NCBI GenBank assembly: GCA_963977015.1
Contig: CAXBMO010000013.1
Span: 1 to 64,000, forward strand
DNA from: an uncultured bacterium
GTDB taxonomy: Bacteria > Verrucomicrobiota > Verrucomicrobiia > Verrucomicrobiales > DEV007
Direction of reading: 5' to 3'
DNA: 64,000 bases
Positions 17,843-28,096 of the stretch are shown here, in pieces. The notes beneath the pieces are model-generated. The model was not told where the DNA came from. It did not search any database and saw only the letters and a list, made by a program, of their open reading frames with translations. Position numbers and translations under genes: made by a program. Position 1 is the first letter of the stretch. Every line of letters starts with the position of its first letter.

Positions 17843-20800
17843 CTATTTTACAACGGGGGTGTTTTTGTCGCCCAAAGCTGCGATTGCTCGACGTCCAACT
17901 TGAAAAACAAGGAGGTCTCTGGCCGCAATTGCGACTGATACGGAAGGGGCGGTCGTAGGAGGCGGGGAGTTCGCAGAAGGAGGGGATTCGATGGCGAAAT
18001 GGTGTTTCCAGTAGGACTCCAAATCCCCGGGCGTTGGGGTTGAGGACCGTTCGTTTCCGGTATTTGGGTTCCAGGAAATGGTGTTCGTATGATTAGTGAG
18101 AGCCAATGAATGGTCGCCCAGTAGTGCCGCAGCAGGACCCCGATGCTCTGGAAGTCGAATGGAGAAAACGCCGGCGGTATCCGTATTCAAGATAGCTATG
18201 GTATGATCGTCCATGAATGCAGCATTGGATCCTGCGCTTCCTATAAACGTCCCTCGAATGGAGAGTCGTTGTGAGGCGATTGGAAAATCAGCGGCCAAAA
18301 TCGCCATCTCTTCCGGTCCTTGGAGTAAGAGTCGATCCTCCACAAAAATAGCGATGTGACGCAGCGGGTCCAAGCACCTTCGATGATACCATTCCACTAA
18401 TGAAGGGACCAAGGATGAGGGAGAGTTTAGAGCGGGGAAACCGGTAGATCGGGACTGATCCACATAGTTGACAGTTTGGTTGGAGGTCGGGGGAAACCTG
18501 GAGCTTGGCTGCTCTGTGGAGCGGAGTGGAATTGGAAAGCGTGTCAATTCAGATGTCTCGAAACGCCAAAGGGCTTGACCACTTCGATTGTCTAAAATTG
18601 CCGGGTGGTTGCCGAAAAAGAAGGAATAATGCTCTCCAAATGCAGCGCCCGATGTTTCGGAAGACTTGGGATTCTGCGTAGGGTGCTGAGCCAAGTGGGT
18701 TTCCCATAACATTTTTCCAGATTCCGGGTGCAAAGCCGTCACGCTGTCCTGAATTGGATCAAAAGCGAGCAAGCGGCCGCCAACGACTTCCATTTCAAGT
18801 CGGGATTGGGATGCGAGGGTTGTTTGGCGAGGCTGTTTGGCGAGGTTCGCCTCCCAAAGAATTTGACCGCTGGCGCTTTCGAGGCAGAGGACTTTCCCGT
18901 TCTCATTGCAGAAAACACGGCCGGAGGTTGTCGTGATAAAACGGCCATTTCTTTTGCGGAGGCGGGCGTTCGGATGGTTCAGAAATTGTGGATGGGAATC
19001 GGAGCGAGCAAAGGGCGATGCCGCACGACGCCACGTTAGTTTCCCGTTGGTGATATCGATGGCATACAGGCTTTGCCGATCATCCAAGACGATGATGTGC
19101 GATCCTGCGTTCGCAATTTGCACAATCACCGTTTCCGGGGCTGTCTCAAAACCCCATCTGAATGAGGTAGGATCAATGATTTGCGAATCCGGGGGAGCCG
19201 GAGGAGTGGACACTGATGATTTTTTGAGGAGGCGCTGAGTTGCGTGGAGTGAAATGGAAAGTCCGTCCGGAAAGATTATTCTCTCCAATTGCTCCTGGTT
19301 AGCCAAATCAAGGATCCGCTGGATGGCTTCATCCCTTGATGCTGTCTGAGATTGCTGATTGAAAATGTAGGCCCGGATCCACGTGGGCCAGAGAAGGTGG
19401 CTCGTTAGAGGAATCTCATGTTCTACGCGGTCGAGTAGGTCAATTACGGTTGGATAATCTTGAGCGGTCAGTGCGAAGGAGATGGAACGCCAATACGAGT
19501 GTGCAAGGTGCTGGAGTAAGGTTTGAATGCTGTCATCACTCACGCCAAATGCTGACTGGTTGCTTATCAGGCCGGCAATGGTTCTGCGAAATCGAATTTC
19601 GTCCCGAGAACCAGCTAACAAATTGAGCAAGGGCTCCTGATATTGAAGGTTGGAGGGCTTGATCTTGGTTAATTGATCCAGTGCCGCGATCGCGCTGTCG
19701 TGCATTCCCAACTCTTCGAAAATAGGGTATGCGGTGTCCAACAGAAGCTCCTTTTGGACCGATCGAGGATCGACTTGTTGGAGTAATTGTCGAGCCAGGT
19801 CGGGACGTTGGTTCCGAAAATATAGCAGGCCAAGCTGCAGCCGGTATTCGTCAGCTTGAGGTGAATCGTGTTGCAGCAGTTCTGACAATTGGGATTCAAC
19901 TTCCAAACTGAAATTGGGGTCTTCGCCCAATGTATCAACCAAGGCCGTGCGAACCTTCCGATTGAGCGGTGTCGAAAGCCGATCCGAGTCCAGTTGGCGA
20001 CGAAGGACTTCTGCGACTCGCTCGCGCTGCCGGTGGGTCTTGCCAACCTCACAAAGAACCAAAAAGCGGTCGATCTCTGATTCGTCCAGGTTTTCGCCGG
20101 CATCTCCCAGATAGTAGCTGTACTCCTCCTCGAAAAACGTTGCTGAGCGGTCGAATTCCGTAAAAAAGACCATGCCACCTTCGAGCCAATTTTGATATTT
20201 GATGCGACTATCGATGAGGGCTCTTGATTCGCGATGAAGTCGTTCGCCTTCCGAGTAGTTGCCTGCTTTTCCAAGAACGGCGACAAGCCGCATCTTGAGG
20301 TCTAGATTGTCCGGCTCAATGTCGCTTCGTGCTTTCAACGCCACCTCAGCCTCAGCCAGAAAATTCTGAGAAACGAGGAAGTCGATATATTCAACAAAGT
20401 CTTCAACCTCAATATCAGGCGGGACTCCGGCGTTGATGAGTTTTTGGGCGCGATCAAGCTGTTCCAGTTGGATGTAGAGATCGGCCAAGTCCGTTCGGAT
20501 CGTAAGGGCGTTGGGGGCGATGTGGAGAGCCCTATCCAGCAGGTCAGCCGCATGCTCACGGAGTCGGTGTCGTTCCAGGAAACGCGCAAGGCTAACCAAT
20601 TGGTCAACCTTTTCAGAGTCTGGGAGATCCTGAAGTAATAGGTGAAGTTCGGCCTCCGCTTTTGTGATGTCGCCTTGTTGATAAAGGATTTGGATGAGCC
20701 GAACTCTGAGATCCGAGCGGTCCGGATATTCGACCAGCCGGTCTCGCAATAGGACGAGAATTCGTTGGTGGTCCTCAAGCTTCTCCAGAAGGTCGATGGC

Positions 20801-21775
20801 CTTCTTCTCCAGAGTTTGAACGTGAGGGAGGCGTTGGGACGCTTCAAAAAGAATTCTCGAGGCCTTTTTCCTCAGGCCCATTCCCTCCAATATCTCGGCG
20901 TAAGCAATTGCGGCCTCGGTATTCTTCGGCTCCGCTTCATGGCGGCGTTTTGCGAGATCGAGCATGGAATCTCGATCGTGATCGCTTTCCAGAAGCTGCA
21001 TTCGAAGTTTCGAGATGTCGCCTCGCCGCCAGTAATCGGGAGCAAGTTTCTCGAGGAGTTGTTGCAGCCTGTGATCGGCTTCCTTCTGTTGATCGAGAGC
21101 CGATTCAAATTTTGCGGCGAGGATCTGTAGGTCGACGTTTTGCTCCGGATTCGAATTGAGTTGGATCAGTTCCGTCGCGATTTCCAGACCGGGTTTATGA
21201 AATTCAAAACGCAGGAGCTTTTCGGCGAGGTCGAAAAGTGCCTCAGTATCCTGATCCAGGCTTTTGCGAAGAGTCGCGAGATGGGGAAGGACCAGTTGTC
21301 GTTGTTCAGCTTCGACCGCTGTTTCAAGAAGGGTTCCAATCCATTTCAACTTGCGATCGGCCCGCGTCTCCAAATCGATCGCTTTGGACAGTGAGTTGAG
21401 GTTTCCGGTTACCTGATAGTGAAGGAAATGGAGAAATGGCTGATCAGGATGAGCTGCAATGGCTTGCGTCGCGAGTTGCTCTGCTTCTGGATTTTTTAAC
21501 GCGGTGAGAATGCGAATCAGGACAGCCTTGGCTCCGGCGTCGGCGGGATACTGTGCAATATGTGCTTCGTAAATCGATATCAGTTCCTCCCCGCGTTCCG
21601 CGCTTCGATAGAGTTCTACCAACTGGGAAAGAGGAGTCGCGAGTGACGGATCATAATGAAGGGCGGTTCGGAAGGCGATGGAGTCTTTATCAAATTCAGC
21701 AGCTTCTTCCTGTTGGGCGACAAGCGATAGCAGCCCACAAATCCAAATCACAAGACCTGTCGCGGCTTGCCTCAT
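17843..21775 (-). CDS. Large secreted TPR protein with a C-terminal PQQ/BamB-like beta-propeller
   Basis: Signal peptide and about 800 aa of helical TPR-like repeats, followed by YAIDITNGKLTW, LCLESASGQILW, ALHPESGKMLW and LDNRSGQALW repeats. Confidence 0.85.
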   Translation of the reverse strand: MRQAATGLVIWICGLLSLVAQQEEAAEFDKDSIAFRTALHYDPSLATPLSQLVELYRSAERGEELISIYEAHIAQYPADAGAKAVLIRILTALKNPEAEQLATQAIAAHPDQPFLHFLHYQVTGNLNSLSKAIDLETRADRKLKWIGTLLETAVEAEQRQLVLPHLATLRKSLDQDTEALFDLAEKLLRFEFHKPGLEIATELIQLNSNPEQNVDLQILAAKFESALDQQKEADHRLQQLLEKLAPDYWRRGDISKLRMQLLESDHDRDSMLDLAKRRHEAEPKNTEAAIAYAEILEGMGLRKKASRILFEASQRLPHVQTLEKKAIDLLEKLEDHQRILVLLRDRLVEYPDRSDLRVRLIQILYQQGDITKAEAELHLLLQDLPDSEKVDQLVSLARFLERHRLREHAADLLDRALHIAPNALTIRTDLADLYIQLEQLDRAQKLINAGVPPDIEVEDFVEYIDFLVSQNFLAEAEVALKARSDIEPDNLDLKMRLVAVLGKAGNYSEGERLHRESRALIDSRIKYQNWLEGGMVFFTEFDRSATFFEEEYSYYLGDAGENLDESEIDRFLVLCEVGKTHRQRERVAEVLRRQLDSDRLSTPLNRKVRTALVDTLGEDPNFSLEVESQLSELLQHDSPQADEYRLQLGLLYFRNQRPDLARQLLQQVDPRSVQKELLLDTAYPIFEELGMHDSAIAALDQLTKIKPSNLQYQEPLLNLLAGSRDEIRFRRTIAGLISNQSAFGVSDDSIQTLLQHLAHSYWRSISFALTAQDYPTVIDLLDRVEHEIPLTSHLLWPTWIRAYIFNQQSQTASRDEAIQRILDLANQEQLERIIFPDGLSISLHATQRLLKKSSVSTPPAPPDSQIIDPTSFRWGFETAPETVIVQIANAGSHIIVLDDRQSLYAIDITNGKLTWRRAASPFARSDSHPQFLNHPNARLRKRNGRFITTTSGRVFCNENGKVLCLESASGQILWEANLAKQPRQTTLASQSRLEMEVVGGRLLAFDPIQDSVTALHPESGKMLWETHLAQHPTQNPKSSETSGAAFGEHYSFFFGNHPAILDNRSGQALWRFETSELTRFPIPLRSTEQPSSRFPPTSNQTVNYVDQSRSTGFPALNSPSSLVPSLVEWYHRRCLDPLRHIAIFVEDRLLLQGPEEMAILAADFPIASQRLSIRGTFIGSAGSNAAFMDDHTIAILNTDTAGVFSIRLPEHRGPAAALLGDHSLALTNHTNTISWNPNTGNERSSTPTPGDLESYWKHHFAIESPPSANSPPPTTAPSVSVAIAARDLLVFQVGRRAIAALGDKNTPVVK

Positions 21776-22773
21776 GCCGCGATCTGAGCCGAAGTCGGAA
21801 CGTGGTCGAGCAATTCCGCAATAATGGCGTCCACGTCGAGCGACTCAGCTTCTCCTTCAAAATTAAGGATCATTCGATGTCGCAATGCCGATGCGGCGAC
21901 TTTGCGAATATCTTCTTCGGCGACGGCCGTGCGATTGTCGAGAACCGCATGGACACGAGCTCCCTTGATAAGCGCCTGCAATCCCCGCGGGCTGGAGCCG
22001 TAAGCAATGTAGCGGCGAACCTTTTCGTCGTGGGTTTGGTCCGGATGGGTTGCAAGAACAAGGCTCGCTGCATATTTGGTGATCGGATCGGCAACGGGAA
22101 CGTGTGAGAGGGCATCCTGAAAATGAATCACTTCTTCTCCTTTCATCACCGCCTCCACATTGGCTTGCTTGAAGCCGGTCGTTCGTTTGGAGATATCGAC
22201 CAATTCATCCAGCGTGGGAAAAGGAACTCTCAGCTTAAAAAGAAAGCGATCCAACTGGGCCTCCGGGAGTGGATACGTGCCTTCCATTTCCATCGGATTC
22301 TGCGTGGCCATCACGAAGAAGGGTTCTGGCATTTGGTGGCGTTCGCCTCCTGAAGTCACGGCGTGTTCCTGCATGACTTCGAGAAGCGCGGCCTGAGTCT
22401 TGGGAGTCGCCCGATTGATTTCATCGACGAGCACGATATTGGCAAAAACGGGTCCTTTCTCGAAGCGAAGATAGCGGTGTCCCTGATCGTCGCTGACGAT
22501 TTGGGTGCCGAGGATATCGGCTGGCATCAAATCCGGTGTACACTGAATTCGGCCAGGCTCCAGGCCGAGCACTTTGCCCAACACCTTGACAAGAAACGTT
22601 TTGCCCAAGCCGGGGACGCCTTCCAAAAGAACGTGACCATGGCTGAAGATCGCGACGAGCGTGTCCGTTAGAAGCTCGTCGTGGCCCACAATTGCCTTTT
22701 GAATCTCGGCTTTCAGGCCTTTAAAGCGATTTCGGAAGTCGTGAAGTTGGGTTTCGAGTTCTTGCGGAGTCAT
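21772..22773 (-). CDS. MoxR-family AAA+ ATPase
   Basis: GVPGLGKT, RIQCTPDLMPADILG, VDEINR, ATQNP, YPLPEAQLDRF. Confidence 0.96.
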   Translation of the reverse strand: MTPQELETQLHDFRNRFKGLKAEIQKAIVGHDELLTDTLVAIFSHGHVLLEGVPGLGKTFLVKVLGKVLGLEPGRIQCTPDLMPADILGTQIVSDDQGHRYLRFEKGPVFANIVLVDEINRATPKTQAALLEVMQEHAVTSGGERHQMPEPFFVMATQNPMEMEGTYPLPEAQLDRFLFKLRVPFPTLDELVDISKRTTGFKQANVEAVMKGEEVIHFQDALSHVPVADPITKYAASLVLATHPDQTHDEKVRRYIAYGSSPRGLQALIKGARVHAVLDNRTAVAEEDIRKVAASALRHRMILNFEGEAESLDVDAIIAELLDHVPTSAQIAA

Positions 22774-22927
22774 TCTGTAGGTTCACCAATGGCCGAGATT
22801 TCGAGTGGCGTCAAAACCCGATGTTCGTTGCCGTTTGAACGTCCCGTGAGGAACGGCCCATGTGTGGAATCGACACGTTTCCAAGGAGGTTGACAGTTGA
22901 AGGGAGTCTTCGCCGTGTTTTGGACTC

Positions 22928-24337
22928 ATGAGATCCCTTTCCATCGCTTTTCTGATTTGGTGTTCGCTGTCGTTTTCGCTTCTCGCAAAACCAAACATCA
23001 TCTTGGTGATGGCCGATGACCAAGGGTGGGGGGACATGGGCTACAATGGCCACCCGGATCTGATTACTCCGAACTTTGACTTGGCCGCAGCGTCCGGGGT
23101 GCGTTTTGACCGCTTTTACGCGGCAGCTCCGGTTTGTTCACCGACTCGGGCGAGTGTTCTGACCGGGCGCCACCCCAATCGGATGGGCGTTTTCAAATGG
23201 GGGAACACCCTTCGCCCGCAGGAAATCACGATCGCGGAAGCCTTGCAGACAGCCGGTTATGCGACGGCGCATTTTGGGAAGTGGCACCTTGGTTCGGTGC
23301 GCAAGGGGAGCCCGGTGAGTCCCGGAGGCAGCGGGTTTGAGGAGTGGTTGAGCGCCCCGAACTATTATGACAATGACCCAATTCTCAGTCATCGGGGAAA
23401 AGCGGTGCAGCTCGAAGGGGAAAGCTCGGAAATCGCGGCGCAGGCATCCATTGACTGGATGGCTGAGCAGGTTGCGGCAAAAAAGCCGTTTTTCTCGGTC
23501 GTGTGGTTTGGTTCGCCCCATGGTCCTCATGTGGCTGCGAGCGAAGATCGTGCGCTGTATCCAGGTCATCCACATGCTCATTTTCTGGGAGAGATTACCG
23601 GGATGGACCGGGCTTTCGGGATGATTCGCGATTCCCTGGAGGATTTGGGAATTCGGGAGGATACCCTTCTCTGGTATTGCAGCGACAACGGGGCATTGCC
23701 AAAAGTCGGTGCGACAGGTGGATTTCGGGGAAACAAGGGCAAAGTCTATGAAGGAGGCCTGTTGGTGCCAGCAATTCTCGAGTGGCCGGCCAAGATCCAG
23801 GATCCTCGGATTGTGGCTCAGCGGTGCAATACCGTGGATATTTTCCCGACGTTGCTGGAGGTGGCCGGATTGCCTCAGCAGAAAAAGCCTCACCTCGACG
23901 GCATCAGTTTGGCCCCGATTCTTGAAGGACGCCCAATTGGGGACGGAGAGCGCAAGATGGGATTTTGGGACTTCCCGATAGGAGGAAAATCCATGCGTGC
24001 CTACGAAATGATGAAGGAGGTGCTCGAAGCGCAGGCGAATGGTTCAGAGTTGCCTCCTGCCGAGGATTCGTTGCTCGCGGCCCGAATTGACCCACTTCCC
24101 AAGGGAATTGAGAAGTTTTTTGGGCATTCCGCCTGGATTTCCGGAAATTGGAAGCTGCATTGGATAACCAATCCCAAAACCGGGATTCGAGTTCAAGAAC
24201 TCTACAATCTGGCAAGTGACCCTTTCGAGGAAACCAACTTGGCCGAGAAAGAACCAGCCATGGTGAAGGAGATGGGAATGGATTTGACGCGCTGGCTGCA
24301 AAGCGTCGGGTCCAGCCTCCAAGGCAACGACTATTGA
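22928..24337 (+). CDS. Secreted Cys-type sulfatase (arylsulfatase/GalNAc-6-sulfatase-like)
   Basis: Signal peptide, KPNIILVMADD, CSPTRAS, GKWHLG, SDNG, YEGG. Confidence 0.94.
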   Translation: MRSLSIAFLIWCSLSFSLLAKPNIILVMADDQGWGDMGYNGHPDLITPNFDLAAASGVRFDRFYAAAPVCSPTRASVLTGRHPNRMGVFKWGNTLRPQEITIAEALQTAGYATAHFGKWHLGSVRKGSPVSPGGSGFEEWLSAPNYYDNDPILSHRGKAVQLEGESSEIAAQASIDWMAEQVAAKKPFFSVVWFGSPHGPHVAASEDRALYPGHPHAHFLGEITGMDRAFGMIRDSLEDLGIREDTLLWYCSDNGALPKVGATGGFRGNKGKVYEGGLLVPAILEWPAKIQDPRIVAQRCNTVDIFPTLLEVAGLPQQKKPHLDGISLAPILEGRPIGDGERKMGFWDFPIGGKSMRAYEMMKEVLEAQANGSELPPAEDSLLAARIDPLPKGIEKFFGHSAWISGNWKLHWITNPKTGIRVQELYNLASDPFEETNLAEKEPAMVKEMGMDLTRWLQSVGSSLQGNDY

Positions 24338-25014
24338 GAAGAGCGCGATTTGCGCGCCGAAATTGACTGAAAGCGAAGAATCAGGGTCGACAGAATCACG
24401 AGGCTGGCAACGAGAGTGATGGACGGCAACGGAATGAAGGCCAAACGTGGCCATTCTGTTGGATCCAGCCAATGATTGAGATCGACATTCGCCCCCATTA
24501 CCACCACGTGTCCAAGCGTCAGGTAAAGACCAACCGCTCCGACCTTTTGCCACTTCAACCAGTCGTCTTTGCTGATGGCAGCCTTGGTGCCGGGGAGTGA
24601 AGAGATGGCTGCGCAGGAAAAGCATCCAAGCGCGAGCACTCCAAAAAGCATGCTGAGTTCACCCACAAAATTGAGGGAAGAGGTGCTTCCGTCCGTGAAG
24701 AATTTCGCATAGTGATCGGGAGAAAAGAGAAGCAAGGATGCCACCGAATGGAGGGCAAGAAGTCCGTAACCGGATAAGCCGAGACATTGCGGCCAAGGGG
24801 CTTCGAATCCAAGTCGGGCGCTCCAATACGAACCGCAAATCAGGCTCACGGACGCAAGAGCAAGCGCCTTATTGGTGGTCCATAGCGGGAGGTGGGACCA
24901 GGATACCTCTTTCGCTACATGATAGCGCAGAATTGCGTAGCAAAGGCAAACTGCAAACGCCACGATCGATGCAGAACGGGGATTCCAGGGTAGGGGCATT
25001 TGAGCCGATACCAC
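24331..25014 (-). CDS. Ferric-reductase-like transmembrane protein (STEAP/MsrQ superfamily)
   Basis: About six TMs, NKAL, LGL...LH, SSLP...W..WQ.VG...GHV, with two intramembrane His. Confidence 0.75.
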   Translation of the reverse strand: MVSAQMPLPWNPRSASIVAFAVCLCYAILRYHVAKEVSWSHLPLWTTNKALALASVSLICGSYWSARLGFEAPWPQCLGLSGYGLLALHSVASLLLFSPDHYAKFFTDGSTSSLNFVGELSMLFGVLALGCFSCAAISSLPGTKAAISKDDWLKWQKVGAVGLYLTLGHVVVMGANVDLNHWLDPTEWPRLAFIPLPSITLVASLVILSTLILRFQSISARKSRSSQ

Positions 25015-25060
25015 CTCAAGAAATCAATTCAAGAGCGGCGTCCAAACTGCACCCGCGGCT

Positions 25061-25804
25061 CTACTTGGAATCTGGAAACACGGAGGGAGTGCTGAGATCG
25101 ATTTCTTGAAGCTGGGTGAGCTCGACAAAGGTGCTCTTACCGGATTTGGAAAGTTGGACCGTGGCCCGAAACGGCCGCCCATCGCTCCAGCCGACCAATT
25201 CCTTCGCCTTCTTCCCGACATCGCTCTCCGTTCCGGCATAGATATTTCCGGGATAACCCATTGAGGGATACCATGCTGCCCGGAGTCGGATGGGTTCCCC
25301 CAAAAGCGGGAGACCCTTGTCGTTGTCGAGCGACACGCCCTTGACCAAATTCAACCGGAACGTTTGTGGTTTGGAAGGAGGACCCTTCAAAAACTCTTCA
25401 AACGAACGATCATAGAACTGGGCAAACAACTCCCAATCGATTTTGTAAGCGTCGCCATCCTGAATCACACTCATGGACAAAGCTCCGGGCCCCGTCTCGA
25501 CAAACACTTCGAAGTTGTGCGTGTTGTAGCGAACGGGACCGTCGATGGCGATTACGCCGCGATACTGCCAGCGGCGGATGGCGAGAGGCTCCCAGTCGAA
25601 CTTGCTGTAGTGTTCCTCCATTTGCTTGCGCAACGGATCCGGATCCAAAACATACTTTGCGGCCTCTTTCCACGTTGAGGCGCCAGCAAAGCTTCTCAAT
25701 GCATCGTAGGCCTCGTGCGCATCAGGCGAGAGTTTTGACGGATCCTGAGCGGAGGAGACCGTCAATGTTAGGGCGAGAAAAAATCCCGAAAACCACTTCA
25801 TCAT
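25061..25804 (-). CDS. Secreted hypothetical protein
   Basis: Signal peptide ending SSA-QD. 247 aa, no recognised motif. Confidence 0.75.
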   Translation of the reverse strand: MMKWFSGFFLALTLTVSSAQDPSKLSPDAHEAYDALRSFAGASTWKEAAKYVLDPDPLRKQMEEHYSKFDWEPLAIRRWQYRGVIAIDGPVRYNTHNFEVFVETGPGALSMSVIQDGDAYKIDWELFAQFYDRSFEEFLKGPPSKPQTFRLNLVKGVSLDNDKGLPLLGEPIRLRAAWYPSMGYPGNIYAGTESDVGKKAKELVGWSDGRPFRATVQLSKSGKSTFVELTQLQEIDLSTPSVFPDSK

Positions 25805-25892
25805 GAACCATTAGTCGCAATCCGGGCCCTCGCCAATGAGGAGAACCGCAAAAAAATTGTCGGGAAGGCGAATCTGGGTAAACAGTGAGGCT

Positions 25893-27227
25893 ATGTTTTC
25901 CCAACTCAGCGACAACCTGGAAGGTGTCTTCAAAAAGCTGCGCGGCCACGGCAAAATCTCCGAGAAAAACATTTCGGATGCGATGCGCGAAGTTCGCATG
26001 GCGTTGTTGGAAGCGGATGTCGATTTCAAGGTCGCCAAGGACTTCATCGCCAAGGTCAAAGAGAAGGCGATGGGCGAGTCGGTGATCAAAAGCATCACTC
26101 CGGGGCAGCAGATTGTTAAGATTTTCCAGGACGAACTGGCGGCCCTATTGGGAGGTGATGCGGCTCCACTCGATTTAAACCCGCCGGCCCGAATCATGAT
26201 GGTGGGCTTGAATGGTGCCGGTAAAACCACGACTTCGGCCAAGTTGGCGCTTCATTTGCGAAAGCAGAACCGCCGGCCCGTTCTGATTGCCTGCGATTTG
26301 ATTCGTCCCGCTGCCGTTGATCAGTTGGTCACGCTCGCAAAGCAGATCGACGTGCCGGTTTATGCCCCTGAAAAGGGTGAGAAAGACGTCATCAAAGTGG
26401 CCAAAGCCGGAATCAAGTTCGCCAAAGACAACGATGCAACGGTCACCATTTTCGATACGGCGGGCCGGCAGGAGATCGATGACGAGTTGATTGAAGAGCT
26501 GAAAGGGCTTCACAAAGTTGTCGATCCCAAGGAAACGCTGCTGGTTGCGGACTCTGCGACCGGTCAGCAGGCGGTTAGTGTGGCGCAGACGTTTTTGAAT
26601 GCGGTTTCGATTACTGGACTCGTTTTGACGCGGGTTGATGGTGACGCAAGGGGCGGAGCGGCCCTGTCGATGAGAAGCGTGACCCAAATGCCGATCAAAT
26701 TTATCGGGGAAGGGGAGAAAATGAGCGCCTTGAGCGAGTTTCATCCCGACCGAATGGCGGGGCGGATTCTGGGAATGGGCGATGTCGTCAGCCTCGTGGA
26801 AACGGCGGCGGAGGCGGTGGATCAGGATGAAGCCATGCGCATGGCGGAGCGACTCCAGAAGGCGCAGTTCGATTTCAACGATTTTCTCGCGCAGATGAAG
26901 ATGATGCGGAGTTTAGGTCCGTTGGAAAATATACTTGGCATGTTGCCTGGGATGAGTAAGATGTCCGACCTTTCCGTTGACGAGAAACAGATTGGAAGGA
27001 CTGAGGCAATTGTTCTGTCGATGACCCCGAAAGAACGCCGCCGTCCAGAGATTATAAAAGCAAGCCGCCGAAAGCGTATCGCCAGAGGTAGTGGAACTAG
27101 TGTCACGGAAGTAAATCAGTTGCTTCGCCAGTTTTCCGAAATGCGGAAGATGATGCGGAGCAAAGGAAAAATGAAGAAGTTGATGAAACAAATGGGGGGA
27201 GGTACTCCTCCCGGACTTGGCTTCTGA
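25893..27227 (+). CDS. ffh: Signal recognition particle protein Ffh
   Basis: ALLEADV, GLNGAGKTT, DTAGR, DGDARGGAALS, RILGMGD, Met-rich M domain. Start taken at ATG 25893. Confidence 0.98.
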   Translation: MFSQLSDNLEGVFKKLRGHGKISEKNISDAMREVRMALLEADVDFKVAKDFIAKVKEKAMGESVIKSITPGQQIVKIFQDELAALLGGDAAPLDLNPPARIMMVGLNGAGKTTTSAKLALHLRKQNRRPVLIACDLIRPAAVDQLVTLAKQIDVPVYAPEKGEKDVIKVAKAGIKFAKDNDATVTIFDTAGRQEIDDELIEELKGLHKVVDPKETLLVADSATGQQAVSVAQTFLNAVSITGLVLTRVDGDARGGAALSMRSVTQMPIKFIGEGEKMSALSEFHPDRMAGRILGMGDVVSLVETAAEAVDQDEAMRMAERLQKAQFDFNDFLAQMKMMRSLGPLENILGMLPGMSKMSDLSVDEKQIGRTEAIVLSMTPKERRRPEIIKASRRKRIARGSGTSVTEVNQLLRQFSEMRKMMRSKGKMKKLMKQMGGGTPPGLGF

Positions 27228-27268
27228 ATCAGTAAACGACCAATTAACCTTAAAAATTAGCCAACACC

Positions 27269-27541
27269 ATGGCCGCAGTAATTCGCCTTCGCCGAGAAGG
27301 AACCAAAGATCGCCCCTATTATCGCGTTGTAGTAACCGATAAGCGGAACCGTAGAGATGGACGTTTCATCGAGTCCCTGGGAACCTACGATCCCATGAAA
27401 GAGAAGGAAAACGCCACTCTTGATTTGGCACGTGTTGATTACTGGTCATCCGTTGGAGCCAAGCCTTCCGAGACCGTCGCTAGCTTGATTAAAAAAGAGC
27501 GAAAGAAGGCCGGGGCAGCTTCCGAGGTTGCTGAGGGTTAA
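27269..27541 (+). CDS. rpsP: 30S ribosomal protein S16
   Basis: [31 protein letters not shown]. Confidence 0.98.
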   Translation: MAAVIRLRREGTKDRPYYRVVVTDKRNRRDGRFIESLGTYDPMKEKENATLDLARVDYWSSVGAKPSETVASLIKKERKKAGAASEVAEG

Positions 27542-27568
27542 TTCCCACAGGATCGATCCCTGCTGCTC

Positions 27569-27826
27569 ATGGAACCTGGCTTAGCTCTCCAGGAGTTTCT
27601 GGAATACATTGTGGGTCAGTTGGTCGAAAATCCGGCCAAAGCCAGCATTCTGCACGAGAAAGAGGGATCGAAACACGTGTATCGTGTACGCGTCGCCCAG
27701 AGCGATGTCGGAATCATCATTGGCAGAAATGGCTATACGATCAGTGCGATCCGTAGCCTCTTCAAAGCTGCCGCTCAGAAGCACGGTGTCCACGCCACTC
27801 TAAGAGTGGACGAGGTTGAGGATTAG
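27569..27826 (+). CDS. khpA: KH-domain RNA-binding protein (KhpA/YlqC)
   Basis: DVGIIIGRNG GxxG loop, and the usual position right after rpsP. Confidence 0.9.
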   Translation: MEPGLALQEFLEYIVGQLVENPAKASILHEKEGSKHVYRVRVAQSDVGIIIGRNGYTISAIRSLFKAAAQKHGVHATLRVDEVED

Positions 27827-27855
27827 CTCCTTGGTTTGAACGGGCTGGCATAGCG

Positions 27856-28096
27856 CTTCGGGTTAGGGAGACCTGTTTCCGTGCTTCGCCCGAAGTGGGG
27901 CCGCTGTTCTTTTCTGCGATTAAGGCCTTGTTCGGGCGGTTATGGTCGGCCCATCGCCTTTCGCGCGGCATGAACCTGCGAGGTAAAATAGCCCGGGCTT
28001 AAGGCATTGTCGCGTTCTTGAACTCTTCCAGCCGGATCGGTGTGTCCTGTTCGCAGCATCAGGACCAGTGCACCACTTCGCTTGAGAAAGGAGTGG
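27856..28096 (+). other. Multi-hairpin intergenic segment, possible structured RNA
   Basis: Stems CTTCGGG/CCCGAAG, GTCCTG/CAGGAC and CCACTT..CTT-GAGA-AAG..GAGTGG. No convincing ORF. Confidence 0.3.

Noticed and set aside
15074-22773. MoxR/vWA cluster as an anti-phage defence system
   Set aside because: This is a classical MoxR with DUF58 and BatA-type partners. There is no nuclease or other effector domain and no mobile context.
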